Positions 29,654-38,269 of a DNA stretch of 64,000 bases are shown here, piece after piece; position 1 is the first letter of the stretch, and each line of letters starts with the position of its first letter. The notes under the pieces were generated by a model. The model saw only the letters and a program-made list of their open reading frames with translations, searched no databases and was not told the DNA's origin. This DNA is from Patescibacteria group bacterium (GTDB taxonomy: Bacteria; Patescibacteriota; WWE3; UBA101185; UBA10185). Both the position numbers and the translations under genes were made by a program. The DNA is taken from NCBI GenBank assembly GCA_018825365.1, contig JAHJEV010000001.1, positions 57,601 through 121,600 on the forward strand, written 5' to 3'.

Positions 29654-29700
29654 TACGAGGATAGAGTTTCACAAAATTCTATCCTCGCTTTTTTATCCCT
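29654..29700 (+). terminator. Rho-independent terminator after flotillin
   Basis: GAGGATAG-(14 nt)-CTATCCTC followed by GCTTTTTTA. There is an additional short CCTCG/CGAGG stem just upstream. Confidence 0.5.
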
Positions 29701-29957
29701 TTAAGATGGTCGGACCTTACCCCAAACGTAATACTTAATTCATTCAAAATATTAAATAACTTCTCAGCATTGTATCTTCATATTTGATCTGAGTCATCTT
29801 TTTAAGATTCTTAGACTTGTGCTCGACTGGTTGCGTGGGAACCGGTCGGAACTTTACCTAGGATTGAACCCCTTTTTCTACCAGTTTCCGTTATTAAGTT
29901 TGTATACCCTCTGAATCCATATCCAATATCTTCTACCTTCTAGTGTAAAATATACCT

Positions 29958-30728
29958 ATGTACGAGCCGATAAAATCATTGGGCCAGAACTTTTTGGTAG
30001 ACAAACAGTTAGCAAGAGATATGGTGAGCGCGTTGGATATTGCAAATGGGGATATCATTGTTGAAATAGGGCCTGGACTTGGGTCATTAACTGAAATTCT
30101 TGCAGAAAGTATTAGTGGAACCAATAGCGAGTTGAATGCTGTTGAGGTGGACGAGAGGTTTTTTGGAAAACTAGTTTCAATGTACGCGGATGAGCAAAAC
30201 ATTAAAATTATCAATGCGGATATTTTGGAATGGCTTCCTAATTTTGAGTCACCGCACGATTTTAAAATAATAGGGTCGCTGCCTTATTACATTACTTCTC
30301 CAATTATTCATTCAATTATCAAAATGAAAAAAAGACCAGCTGTGTGTGTTTTATTGGTGCAAAAAGAGGTTGCCGGGAAGATAAAAAGTCCCGCTCCCGA
30401 TTCTTCTTATATGTCTTGTTTTATACAGACATTTTTTGATGTTTCTTATATCGGTAAGGTGCCTAAAAACAGATTTAGACCTGAGCCGGAAGTTGACGGG
30501 GGGATTTTGAAATTTGTTAGAAAAGAGGGGGATTTTTCGCCTGAATTTATCGTCAAATATGAAGCGTTTCTTCACAAAGCTTTCTCAAATCCAAGGAAAA
30601 TGCTAAATAAAATGTTCACAAAAGAGGAATTGGAAAAAGGAGGGATTGACCCCACACTGCGAGCTCAGAATCTTAATTCTTCTCAATGGCTTGAGTTTTA
30701 TAAAGTTTTAAATCAAGGAAATTCATGA
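29958..30728 (+). CDS. rsmA: 16S rRNA (adenine1518/1519-N6)-dimethyltransferase
   Basis: 'LGQNFLVD' and 'VEIGPGLGSLT' are KsgA/RsmA hallmarks. 256 aa. Confidence 0.9.
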   Translation: MYEPIKSLGQNFLVDKQLARDMVSALDIANGDIIVEIGPGLGSLTEILAESISGTNSELNAVEVDERFFGKLVSMYADEQNIKIINADILEWLPNFESPHDFKIIGSLPYYITSPIIHSIIKMKKRPAVCVLLVQKEVAGKIKSPAPDSSYMSCFIQTFFDVSYIGKVPKNRFRPEPEVDGGILKFVRKEGDFSPEFIVKYEAFLHKAFSNPRKMLNKMFTKEELEKGGIDPTLRAQNLNSSQWLEFYKVLNQGNS

Positions 30729-31465
30729 TCAAATTTAGTGTTTGTATCCCAACATTAAACGAAGAGAAGTATGTTGGGGGATTGCTTGATAGTCTTGTGC
30801 ACCAAAACCTTAAAGGATTTGAAGTTATTGTTGTAGATGGAAAATCAAAGGATAAGACTGAAGGCGCGGTTAATAAATATGCCGGTAAGTTGAATTTGAA
30901 ATTCATAAAATCTCCCAAAAGGGGAGTTTCTTTCCAAAGAAACTACGCTGCAAAACAGGCAAAGAATGATTGGATAATATTTTTTGATGCGGATGTGAAA
31001 GTAGGACCTGATTTCTTGGAAAAGATTTCCGATTACTTAGAGAAACACCCCAATACCGAGATCTTAACTACCTGGGAGGAACCTATATCAGATAAACCCA
31101 TTGATGACCTTGTTTTTGCAGCTATAAATCTTCTGATGCTTGAGATGATGAAGAAAAAAAGGCCCAACACAATCGGCTGTTTCATATGTGTTAAGAAGAA
31201 ATCTTTTTGGGAAGTAGGAGGATTTAGAGAACACATTAATTTTGGCGAAGATTTTGATTTGTCCGAAAGAATGCATAGTAAGGGTTGCAAATACGTCCTT
31301 TTAAAGACTCCAAGAATTAAAGTGTCTGTTAGGAGATTTAACAAAGAAGGAAGGTTTAATATGATTGTGAAGAATATGAGGGCGGCGATAATGTATCTAG
31401 CCCAGGGAGATGAGTTTTTTGATAAGGTTCAGGGGAAGATAAAGCACGAGTTTGGAGAATTCTAG
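30725..31465 (+). CDS. Family 2 glycosyltransferase
   Basis: 'FSVCIPTLNEE', 'VIVVDGKSKDKT' and 'FFDADV' are the GT-A fold motifs (DxD). Confidence 0.75.
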   Translation: MIKFSVCIPTLNEEKYVGGLLDSLVHQNLKGFEVIVVDGKSKDKTEGAVNKYAGKLNLKFIKSPKRGVSFQRNYAAKQAKNDWIIFFDADVKVGPDFLEKISDYLEKHPNTEILTTWEEPISDKPIDDLVFAAINLLMLEMMKKKRPNTIGCFICVKKKSFWEVGGFREHINFGEDFDLSERMHSKGCKYVLLKTPRIKVSVRRFNKEGRFNMIVKNMRAAIMYLAQGDEFFDKVQGKIKHEFGEF

Positions 31466-31487
31466 TTTTATTGGAAATAATAGATAA

Positions 31488-31522
31488 AGGCCCGTACAAG
31501 TGTTTGCGCGGGCCTCTTTTTT
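31488..31522 (+). terminator. Rho-independent terminator
   Basis: AGGCCCG-(14 nt)-CGGGCCT followed by CTTTTTT. Confidence 0.6.
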
Positions 31523-31637
31523 GGCCCAAATTCTCTTTTTAGGCCAGTACTCCATATATCCCGTCCCAAAGGACGATATTAAGTTGTAGTCAAAACATAA
31601 ACTATATGGGTTTATTAGTCAATGATATACTAGTTTT

Positions 31638-32573
31638 ATGGCAAGGCACGTTCTCCAGTCAGAACTTTGGGAAAAGTTTAAAAACAGCTACGGAACTCCC
31701 GCAGTGAGAGTAGGAAATGTCTTGTATACCAAACACAAAATACCATTTTCCTCTGACTTTTATGCGTATTCACCCCGAGTAAATCCTTTTGATATAGATT
31801 TTGATAGAGTTAAGGCTTCTTTGGAGGAAAACTCCTGCGTTGCAATTCATTTTGATGTTCCGAATGTTACAAAAGATAGCTCTGATTCGGAAAGAGCAAT
31901 CAATATTTTTAAAGATAGGTGCTCACCGTCTACAAGGGACGAATTTGCGAAGGGAAATTTTCTTTTAGATCTAACTAGGCCAGAGGAAGAGCTGTTGAAT
32001 AACATGCATAAGAAACACAGGTACAACGTTAAGTATGCACAGGGAAAGGGCGTGGTTGTAAGACAAAGCACGGATGACGCGGATTTTGATATTTTCTACA
32101 ATCTCTACTCCGAAACGGGTGGGAGAGCAAAGTTTTTTGCAAGGTCCAAAAACTACATGGAAAAAGCTTGGAGAACGTTTCGTGATGCGGGGTGTGGGCG
32201 TTTTGTAATAGCTGAGTTGGATGGCAAGCCTTTAACGGCTTGGTTGCTCATAAATTATGATAATGTCTTGTATTATCCCTATGGTGGGTCTACCAATGAA
32301 GACAGAAATGTTCAATCAAGCTGCCTGGTTGGATGGGAAGCAATTAAGTTAGGAAAGAAACTTGGATGCACATTGTTTGATATGTGGGGCGCTTCCGAGG
32401 ATATGAGTAATAAAAGTGATCCATATTTTGGATTTTCCCTATTTAAAGAGAAATTCGGCGCGAAACATGTTGTGTATATTCCCTCTTATGACTTTGTACT
32501 TAATGCCTCTGTATATAAGCTATTTACTGCAGCAAACGCTTTTAGATGGAAGCTGTTGAATTTATTGAGATGA
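31638..32573 (+). CDS. FemAB-family (peptidoglycan aminoacyltransferase-like) protein, paralog 1
   Basis: 311 aa. The C-terminal 'FKEKFGA' motif is shared with its downstream paralog. GNAT-like fold is predicted from the pattern alone. The assignment is tentative. Confidence 0.45.
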   Translation: MARHVLQSELWEKFKNSYGTPAVRVGNVLYTKHKIPFSSDFYAYSPRVNPFDIDFDRVKASLEENSCVAIHFDVPNVTKDSSDSERAINIFKDRCSPSTRDEFAKGNFLLDLTRPEEELLNNMHKKHRYNVKYAQGKGVVVRQSTDDADFDIFYNLYSETGGRAKFFARSKNYMEKAWRTFRDAGCGRFVIAELDGKPLTAWLLINYDNVLYYPYGGSTNEDRNVQSSCLVGWEAIKLGKKLGCTLFDMWGASEDMSNKSDPYFGFSLFKEKFGAKHVVYIPSYDFVLNASVYKLFTAANAFRWKLLNLLR

Positions 32574-33472
32574 CGCCAATTCAAGACATCAGGCAAAGTG
32601 AAAAATGGGGCCTTTATTTGAAGTCCTTGGGCTGGGAATATTCAAAAACGTCTTCTGGAATTTTGGTTGTTACTAAAAATATAAAAGTGGGAAGTGTTGC
32701 AAAAGTTCAAAGGCCCCAAAATCTAACCCAAAAAGATTTGAATGAAATAGATCAGATATGCAGAGAAAAGAAGGCACTTTTTGTTAAAATGGAGCCTTTT
32801 TGCTTTGAAGACACTAATCTTTTAGAACAAAACGGATATATTGCAAATACCAACCCTTTATCTCCACCATCAACTTTTTACATCGACCTTACAAAATCTG
32901 AAGAGGATCTTTGGAAAAACATCTCAGAAAGCGGACATTACTCAATAAATAGATCCAAAAGGGAAGAAACTAAAATGAGATTTTACCAAAATCCTCTGAT
33001 CGAAAAGCTTCAGCCTTACTTCAAAATGTGTCAGGAAACAGGGAGGAGAAATCGCTTTTTTATCCAGCCGTACAAGGATTTGCTTTCTAAAGTAAAGGTA
33101 TTCGGAAAAGACTCACACCTAATTTTGGCATACGATAAAAACGGAAATTTATTAAGCGGTAAGTTTTACTTGTGCCACAAAGATATGGTTTTGTATTCAA
33201 CCGGTGGCACATCTGCCTTAGGGAGGAAAGGTAAGGCGGGATACCAGCTTTTATGGGATTCAATTTTGTATTTTAAAGGTTTGGGGTACAAAGTTTTTGA
33301 CTTGGAGGGGAGAAGTGACGATAGATTTAAAGAAATTTCAAAAAACTGGGCCGGGTTTACTCACTTCAAAGAGAAGTTTGGTGCGGAAGTTATCGAATTT
33401 CCATATCCCTATAACAAATACTTTAGTCTGATTATGAAATTGATTGATAAGTTTTTTAAGATGCCTGTTTAA
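32546..33472 (+). CDS. FemAB-family (peptidoglycan aminoacyltransferase-like) protein, paralog 2
   Basis: 308 aa. Same architecture and the same 'FKEKFGA' motif as the upstream gene. Tandem duplicates. Confidence 0.45.
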   Translation: MEAVEFIEMTPIQDIRQSEKWGLYLKSLGWEYSKTSSGILVVTKNIKVGSVAKVQRPQNLTQKDLNEIDQICREKKALFVKMEPFCFEDTNLLEQNGYIANTNPLSPPSTFYIDLTKSEEDLWKNISESGHYSINRSKREETKMRFYQNPLIEKLQPYFKMCQETGRRNRFFIQPYKDLLSKVKVFGKDSHLILAYDKNGNLLSGKFYLCHKDMVLYSTGGTSALGRKGKAGYQLLWDSILYFKGLGYKVFDLEGRSDDRFKEISKNWAGFTHFKEKFGAEVIEFPYPYNKYFSLIMKLIDKFFKMPV

Positions 33473-36354
33473 TCTTTCTCTGCAAAAGGACAGATGTTTT
33501 TGTGATCACACCAGGTGCAGTGTCTTCCCGGAGTAGGTTCGAAATCTCCTTTCTTTATTCCCTTAACAACTTCTTTAATTTTTTCTTTTTCGGTTTGAAT
33601 TTGCTTGTCGTTTCTTGTTGTCGAAACCTTTTCTCCTGTTTCCACATAATAAAAAGTCATGTTTTTTGGGTTTAGGTTTAAAGCTTCCCTTGCACCCATT
33701 GCATAAATGGTCATCTGCGCATCTTTATCGGCCTCTACCTGTTCTTTTGGGTTTCCGGTTTTGTAGTCGATTATTTCGATATCTCCGTTTTTGTGTTCGT
33801 CAATTCTATCTATCTTTCCATAAAGCTTCGTCCCGTCTACTAAAATGTTAAAAGATTTTTCTATGCCCAGATGTTTTACATCCAAGCCTTTGTTTTTTTC
33901 GTAATACTCCTCAAGTAACTTCTTTCCGCTTTCAAACCTCATTTTTCTGTGTTTTTCGTCAAGATAGCCAAGCGGATTCCAGTTTTTCTCATAGATTTTT
34001 AGTAATTGGCTCAGACTCATATCCTTCCCAAACATTTTTTGAGTGTGAAATTCCTTAAGAGTGTCGTGGATTGTATTTCCAAAGCTTAGTGAGTGATTTG
34101 GAGCAGCCGGTACTTTAAGAACATAAGAATATTTGTACCTAAGGGGACAAATTTTGTAGTTATCTATTTGTGAGTAGCTGACAAAATCGGGGGTAAATCC
34201 CGAAAGTTTCCTTACATGTGCTTCTCTGAATCCTGTTCCGACGGCAAAAAGGGTGTGTTGTTCCTGTTTTCTTTCCTCCTTTTTGTCTATATTTTCTGTT
34301 TCAGTTTTTATACCTGTCTCCTGTAAGAAGCCGCCGGGTGTTGTTTTCCTTTTTCCTCCATAATCATGTCCATAAGTCATGAAAAGGTATTTTTTTGCTC
34401 TGGTCATTCCAACATAAAACAACCTTCTTTCTTCCTGAATATGGCTGTCTCCTGTTGGCAAGGACTCTTTTATCAGCTCGTCAGGAAGGTCAATTGTGTC
34501 TCCGCGATTTCTGGTTGGGAATCTTCCGGAGACAAGGTTTGACATGAAAACTACCGGAAACTCCAGACCCTTCGCGGAGTGAACGGTCATCAAATTAATC
34601 GTATCTATGTCTTCAATTTCAGCTTGGGCCGGATTTTCTCCCGCCTCAATCACAAGATCTACGTAGTCGATAAAATCTATTAATGTAGGCATTATTTTGC
34701 TCTCAGTGTGAAAATCTACCTCAAATTTCTGTATTTTGGTTAGAAAAAGGTTGATGTTTTTAATGCAAAGCTCGTTTTCAACTGTTTCTTCTTCCAAAAA
34801 CTGGTTAATGTAATTTGTTGACTCAACAAGTTCATACACAAGCTCTGTTGGGGTTGCTTTCGTTAGTCTTTCCTGAAAACTCTCAATTATTTTTCTCGTG
34901 TTTTGAACATTTACGTCCTTCGATTCTTTAACTTGTTCCCAAAGGTCCGTTTTTGTGACCCTTGTTTTTGACAGCAGGCTTGAAATTTCCTTGTACGGGG
35001 CACCCAAAGTTTGAATGCTCAGGGTTCGGTACAAACTTGTGCCGTCAAGTGGGTTCACAATGGCCTTTAGGAAGGCCAAAATGTCTCTAATTTCCTCCCG
35101 ATCATACAAACCGCGATTCCCAACCAGTTGATAAGGAAGGCCGTGTTTTCGCAGTGACATAACAAACGGATCCAGATGGTTGTTTGCCCTTGTCATAACA
35201 GCAAAATCTTTGTATGTGTATTGAGGTTCCTTGGCTAAAACATCTAAAATCTTGGAAATTATGAACTCAACCTCGTCTTCAAGAGTTTCAAGTTGAATTA
35301 TTTCAGGACTCGCACCTTTTTCTTTAACCTCGCTTTTTAACTCTTTTGAGATTCCAAGTTTAGACTCCAGTGTGTCAGGATTGTTGTTTTGAATTAGTTT
35401 ATACGCCGGGTCAAGAATCTTTTGAGTGGATCTGTAATTTTTGATAAGAGTCACGGTCTTTGCATGTTTAAACTCGTCCATAAATTGAAGAATGTTTGAG
35501 ATTGCGGCCCCCCTGAATTTGTAAATCGATTGTGAGTCATCGCCAACGACCAAAAGACTTCTGTTTTCATCCGTTTCTTGTATGGGGTAGAGCATTTTTA
35601 CAAGCTCATATTGTGCGTAATTTGTGTCCTGAAACTCATCAACGAGTATGTGTTTGAATTGTTGCCGGTATTTCTTGAGAATATTTGGTCTTTTTTTGAA
35701 TAGCTTTATTGACCACATTATCAAATCTCCAAAATCAAGCTTTGATTCCTTTATTTTGTATTCTTCATACCTCTCGTACACGTGGGAAAGCTCTTCCCAT
35801 CTTTGGTTATCTTCTTCGTTTTCAAAGTTCTTTTTAGTTTTGATAAATTTTTTGAAGTCGTTTGTAGAAATGTTTTCATCTTGAAGATGAGAAATGAATT
35901 TTAGTGTTGCCGAAATGAATTTGGTTGGATTCCCTAAGGGTCTGAAGTATTTTAAATTCAAATCAAACAGGTTTTTTCTAAGCAGCAGCCATTGTTCCGG
36001 GGCGGAGAGTATTTTGTAAGAAGGGTCCAGTCCGATTTCCAAACCTTCTGTTTTAAGAATTCTGTCAGCGAAGGAGTGAAATGTATAAACCCAGGGTTCC
36101 TCATATCCTAGTGGCATAACATCGTCAATTCTGTTTGTCATTTCTTGAGATGCCTTTTCAGTGAATGTTAGAGCAAGTAGTTCTTGTGGGCTGATATTTT
36201 TTTCTTGAATCAAATATCTGATTCGTTCGGTTATGACCCTGGTTTTTCCTGTTCCGGCACCCGCGATTACAAGAATGGGACCACCTTTATGCTCAACGGC
36301 TTTGATCTGATCTGAATTTAGTCTTGTTTCTTGCGCTTTCTTTTTTGGTGCCAT
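33469..36354 (-). CDS. UvrD-like helicase fused to a C-terminal PD-(D/E)xK (Cas4/RecB-like) nuclease
   Basis: 'VIAGAGTGKTRVITERIRYLI', 'LVDEFQDTN' and 'VHSAKGLEFPVVFM' are helicase motifs. The C-terminus has 'CPLRYKY', 'IDRID...DYKTG' and a Cys cluster 'CTWCDHKNIC' typical of AddB/Cas4-type nucleases. 961 aa. Confidence 0.8.
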   Translation of the reverse strand: MAPKKKAQETRLNSDQIKAVEHKGGPILVIAGAGTGKTRVITERIRYLIQEKNISPQELLALTFTEKASQEMTNRIDDVMPLGYEEPWVYTFHSFADRILKTEGLEIGLDPSYKILSAPEQWLLLRKNLFDLNLKYFRPLGNPTKFISATLKFISHLQDENISTNDFKKFIKTKKNFENEEDNQRWEELSHVYERYEEYKIKESKLDFGDLIMWSIKLFKKRPNILKKYRQQFKHILVDEFQDTNYAQYELVKMLYPIQETDENRSLLVVGDDSQSIYKFRGAAISNILQFMDEFKHAKTVTLIKNYRSTQKILDPAYKLIQNNNPDTLESKLGISKELKSEVKEKGASPEIIQLETLEDEVEFIISKILDVLAKEPQYTYKDFAVMTRANNHLDPFVMSLRKHGLPYQLVGNRGLYDREEIRDILAFLKAIVNPLDGTSLYRTLSIQTLGAPYKEISSLLSKTRVTKTDLWEQVKESKDVNVQNTRKIIESFQERLTKATPTELVYELVESTNYINQFLEEETVENELCIKNINLFLTKIQKFEVDFHTESKIMPTLIDFIDYVDLVIEAGENPAQAEIEDIDTINLMTVHSAKGLEFPVVFMSNLVSGRFPTRNRGDTIDLPDELIKESLPTGDSHIQEERRLFYVGMTRAKKYLFMTYGHDYGGKRKTTPGGFLQETGIKTETENIDKKEERKQEQHTLFAVGTGFREAHVRKLSGFTPDFVSYSQIDNYKICPLRYKYSYVLKVPAAPNHSLSFGNTIHDTLKEFHTQKMFGKDMSLSQLLKIYEKNWNPLGYLDEKHRKMRFESGKKLLEEYYEKNKGLDVKHLGIEKSFNILVDGTKLYGKIDRIDEHKNGDIEIIDYKTGNPKEQVEADKDAQMTIYAMGAREALNLNPKNMTFYYVETGEKVSTTRNDKQIQTEKEKIKEVVKGIKKGDFEPTPGRHCTWCDHKNICPFAEKD

Positions 36355-36446
36355 CGTAAAGGTATTATATCTTATCGATTGTCCGAAGTCCTAACGAATG
36401 TTATAATGTTGTCCCATCAATTAAAAGAGAGAGAAAGGAGAAAATT

Positions 36447-36605
36447 ATGGAACCAGATCCAATTGCTGTTTGTTGGGCATTCGCCTTTATTTTGGGGGCC
36501 TTGGGACTAATCGTCCTCGGCCTGGTTTGCATAGGCATTCTTACCAATGAGGGGAAAAATAATGAAAATGATAAGGCGGGAGAAATGATTGAGGAAGCAG
36601 TTTAG
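36447..36605 (+). CDS. Small membrane protein (52 aa)
   Basis: AGGAG RBS. ORF MEPDPIAVCWAFAFILGALGLIVLGLVCIGILTNEGKNNENDKAGEMIEEAV. A terminator follows immediately. Below the ORF-track size cutoff. Confidence 0.3.
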   Translation: MEPDPIAVCWAFAFILGALGLIVLGLVCIGILTNEGKNNENDKAGEMIEEAV

Positions 36606-36618
36606 TAGTAGTTCCTCC

Positions 36619-36652
36619 AGCCAAGGTGTCTTTCTAATGCCTTGGCTTTTTT
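36619..36652 (+). terminator. Rho-independent terminator
   Basis: AGCCAAGG-(13 nt)-CCTTGGCT followed by TTTTTT. Confidence 0.55.
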
Positions 36653-36692
36653 GTATTTAAATATTAGAATGAGTGAGTAGCGGGGAAGAAAT

Positions 36693-37835
36693 ATGATTGC
36701 TTTATATATCACTGTTGGAATAATAATAGGATTGGTGTTGACCATAATGGTAATTCCGGGTATCAGGAAAATGGTCTTTGGTTCTAATGAAGAGTCTTTT
36801 TCAATTATTGAGCAGAAGTTAAATGAGTATTTTCCAAAAGCTTTGCAATCAGCCACCGAACAACTTATTACCATGGCTGATCAGAAATTGGATGCCAAGA
36901 AGCAGACAATAGACGTTGATGTTGCAAATAAAAAAACTGCAATAGAAGATCTGATAAAAAATATTAAAGAAGAACTGACTGTCAGCAACAAAAAGCTTGA
37001 AGATGCGGAGAAAGAAAGAGTCGGGTCGTTTAGGGAATTAAAATCACAGCTGGAAAATCAAAAAATGATATCCGAGCAACTACGAGTTACGACAGAAAGT
37101 CTGAGAAAAGTGCTTTCCAACAATCAGTTGAGGGGTCAGTTTGGTGAACAGGTTGCCGAGGATTTACTTAAGATGGCGGGATTTGTCGGTGGAGTTGATT
37201 ATTTTTACAACAAGGCTCAAGAAGGATCCGGTACCAGGCCTGATTTTACAGTGCTTTTGCCAGATGGGGTAAAAATTAATGTTGACGCGAAGTTTCCCTA
37301 TTCGAACTTACAAAAGTATGTTGAAACAGAAGACAAAGAAGCTCAAAAAAACCATCTGAAAAGTTTTGAAAACGACATTAAAGAAAAAATTAAGCAGGTT
37401 ACAACAAGGGAATATATAAATCCGGAAGACAACACTGTTGATTTTGTTATTTTGTTCATCCCAAACGAAATGATCTTCTCTTTTATTTATGAAAAGATGA
37501 ATGACATTTGGACTGAGGCTATGAGGCAACGGGTGGTGTTTACAGGACCCTTTAGTTTTACCGCGACACTGCGGCTTATAAGACAATCTTATGCCAATTT
37601 TAAGATTCAAAACAATGTGCGCAAAATAGTCATGTTGATCAAAGAATTTGAGAAAGAATTTTCTAAATACAACGAGGAGTTTACCAAAATCGGAGACAGA
37701 ATTAACTCGCTTTCAGATCAATATGAGAGAGTAGACACAACAAGAACTAAAGTGTTGGTCAGAACTGTTGATAGAATAAGAATTGAAGAGTCGGAAGAAC
37801 TTCCGGAAATACCCGAAGAAACTGAGACGGACTGA
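36693..37835 (+). CDS. rmuC: DNA recombination protein RmuC
   Basis: N-terminal TM helix, a long coiled-coil, and a C-terminal RmuC-type nuclease-like domain ('DFVILFIPNE'). 380 aa. Confidence 0.6.
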   Translation: MIALYITVGIIIGLVLTIMVIPGIRKMVFGSNEESFSIIEQKLNEYFPKALQSATEQLITMADQKLDAKKQTIDVDVANKKTAIEDLIKNIKEELTVSNKKLEDAEKERVGSFRELKSQLENQKMISEQLRVTTESLRKVLSNNQLRGQFGEQVAEDLLKMAGFVGGVDYFYNKAQEGSGTRPDFTVLLPDGVKINVDAKFPYSNLQKYVETEDKEAQKNHLKSFENDIKEKIKQVTTREYINPEDNTVDFVILFIPNEMIFSFIYEKMNDIWTEAMRQRVVFTGPFSFTATLRLIRQSYANFKIQNNVRKIVMLIKEFEKEFSKYNEEFTKIGDRINSLSDQYERVDTTRTKVLVRTVDRIRIEESEELPEIPEETETD

Positions 37836-37869
37836 GCAAATAATTCCCCATCAATGATAAAATCAAGGT

Positions 37870-38232
37870 ATGCCCAAATTTATGTGGACAATTGTTGTGT
37901 TTTCGCTGGTGTCGTGGGGAGTTGTAGCAACGCTGGTTTGTAAATCCGCCCCAGATTCATATCTTAACATCGCAACCTTTTTGGTTGCCCTTTATGCTGC
38001 TTTAGATAGTACACTTTGCATTCCTTTTTATTTGATATACCGCAAACGTTTTATTAATTTCACAGATCAGAAAGTTCTTTTTAGGATGAGCTCCAAGTGG
38101 CCCGCGTTTATAAGTTTTGGTGTGGTAGGGATGCTTTTTTTGAAAGCTTTTCACTTAATAAATCTACTAAACGCCGGTTTGTTCACCCTCTTGTATATCG
38201 GTATTTTCTTCCAAATAAAAGGAAGAAAGTGA
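37870..38232 (+). CDS. Hypothetical membrane protein
   Basis: 120 aa. Three to four predicted TM helices. Confidence 0.35.
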   Translation: MPKFMWTIVVFSLVSWGVVATLVCKSAPDSYLNIATFLVALYAALDSTLCIPFYLIYRKRFINFTDQKVLFRMSSKWPAFISFGVVGMLFLKAFHLINLLNAGLFTLLYIGIFFQIKGRK

Positions 38233-38269
38233 TAAATCCGATCGTTAGAAATGTTAAAATAGTTCCGTT

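Noticed and set aside
28482-29672. 396-aa minus-strand ORF antisense to the flotillin gene, plus other antisense ORFs between 28134 and 29641
   Set aside because: GC-rich coding sequence suppresses stop codons on the opposite strand. The translated product is low-complexity and Cys/Arg-rich with no RBS. The sense-strand flotillin call is far better supported.
29800-29900. Possible tRNA or tRNA fragment at the island edge (GGTTCAATCC-like string on the minus strand)
   Set aside because: I could not build an acceptor stem, T-arm or anticodon arm with canonical geometry. Position 33 of the putative loop is not U. Retained only as a GC-rich hairpin observation.
24896-29957. Inverted 8-mer TACGTTTG/CAAACGTA near both island borders, as possible att sites or IS ends
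   Set aside because: A single short inverted match in about 400 nt of AT-rich flank is within chance expectation. No transposase, integrase or longer direct repeats were found.
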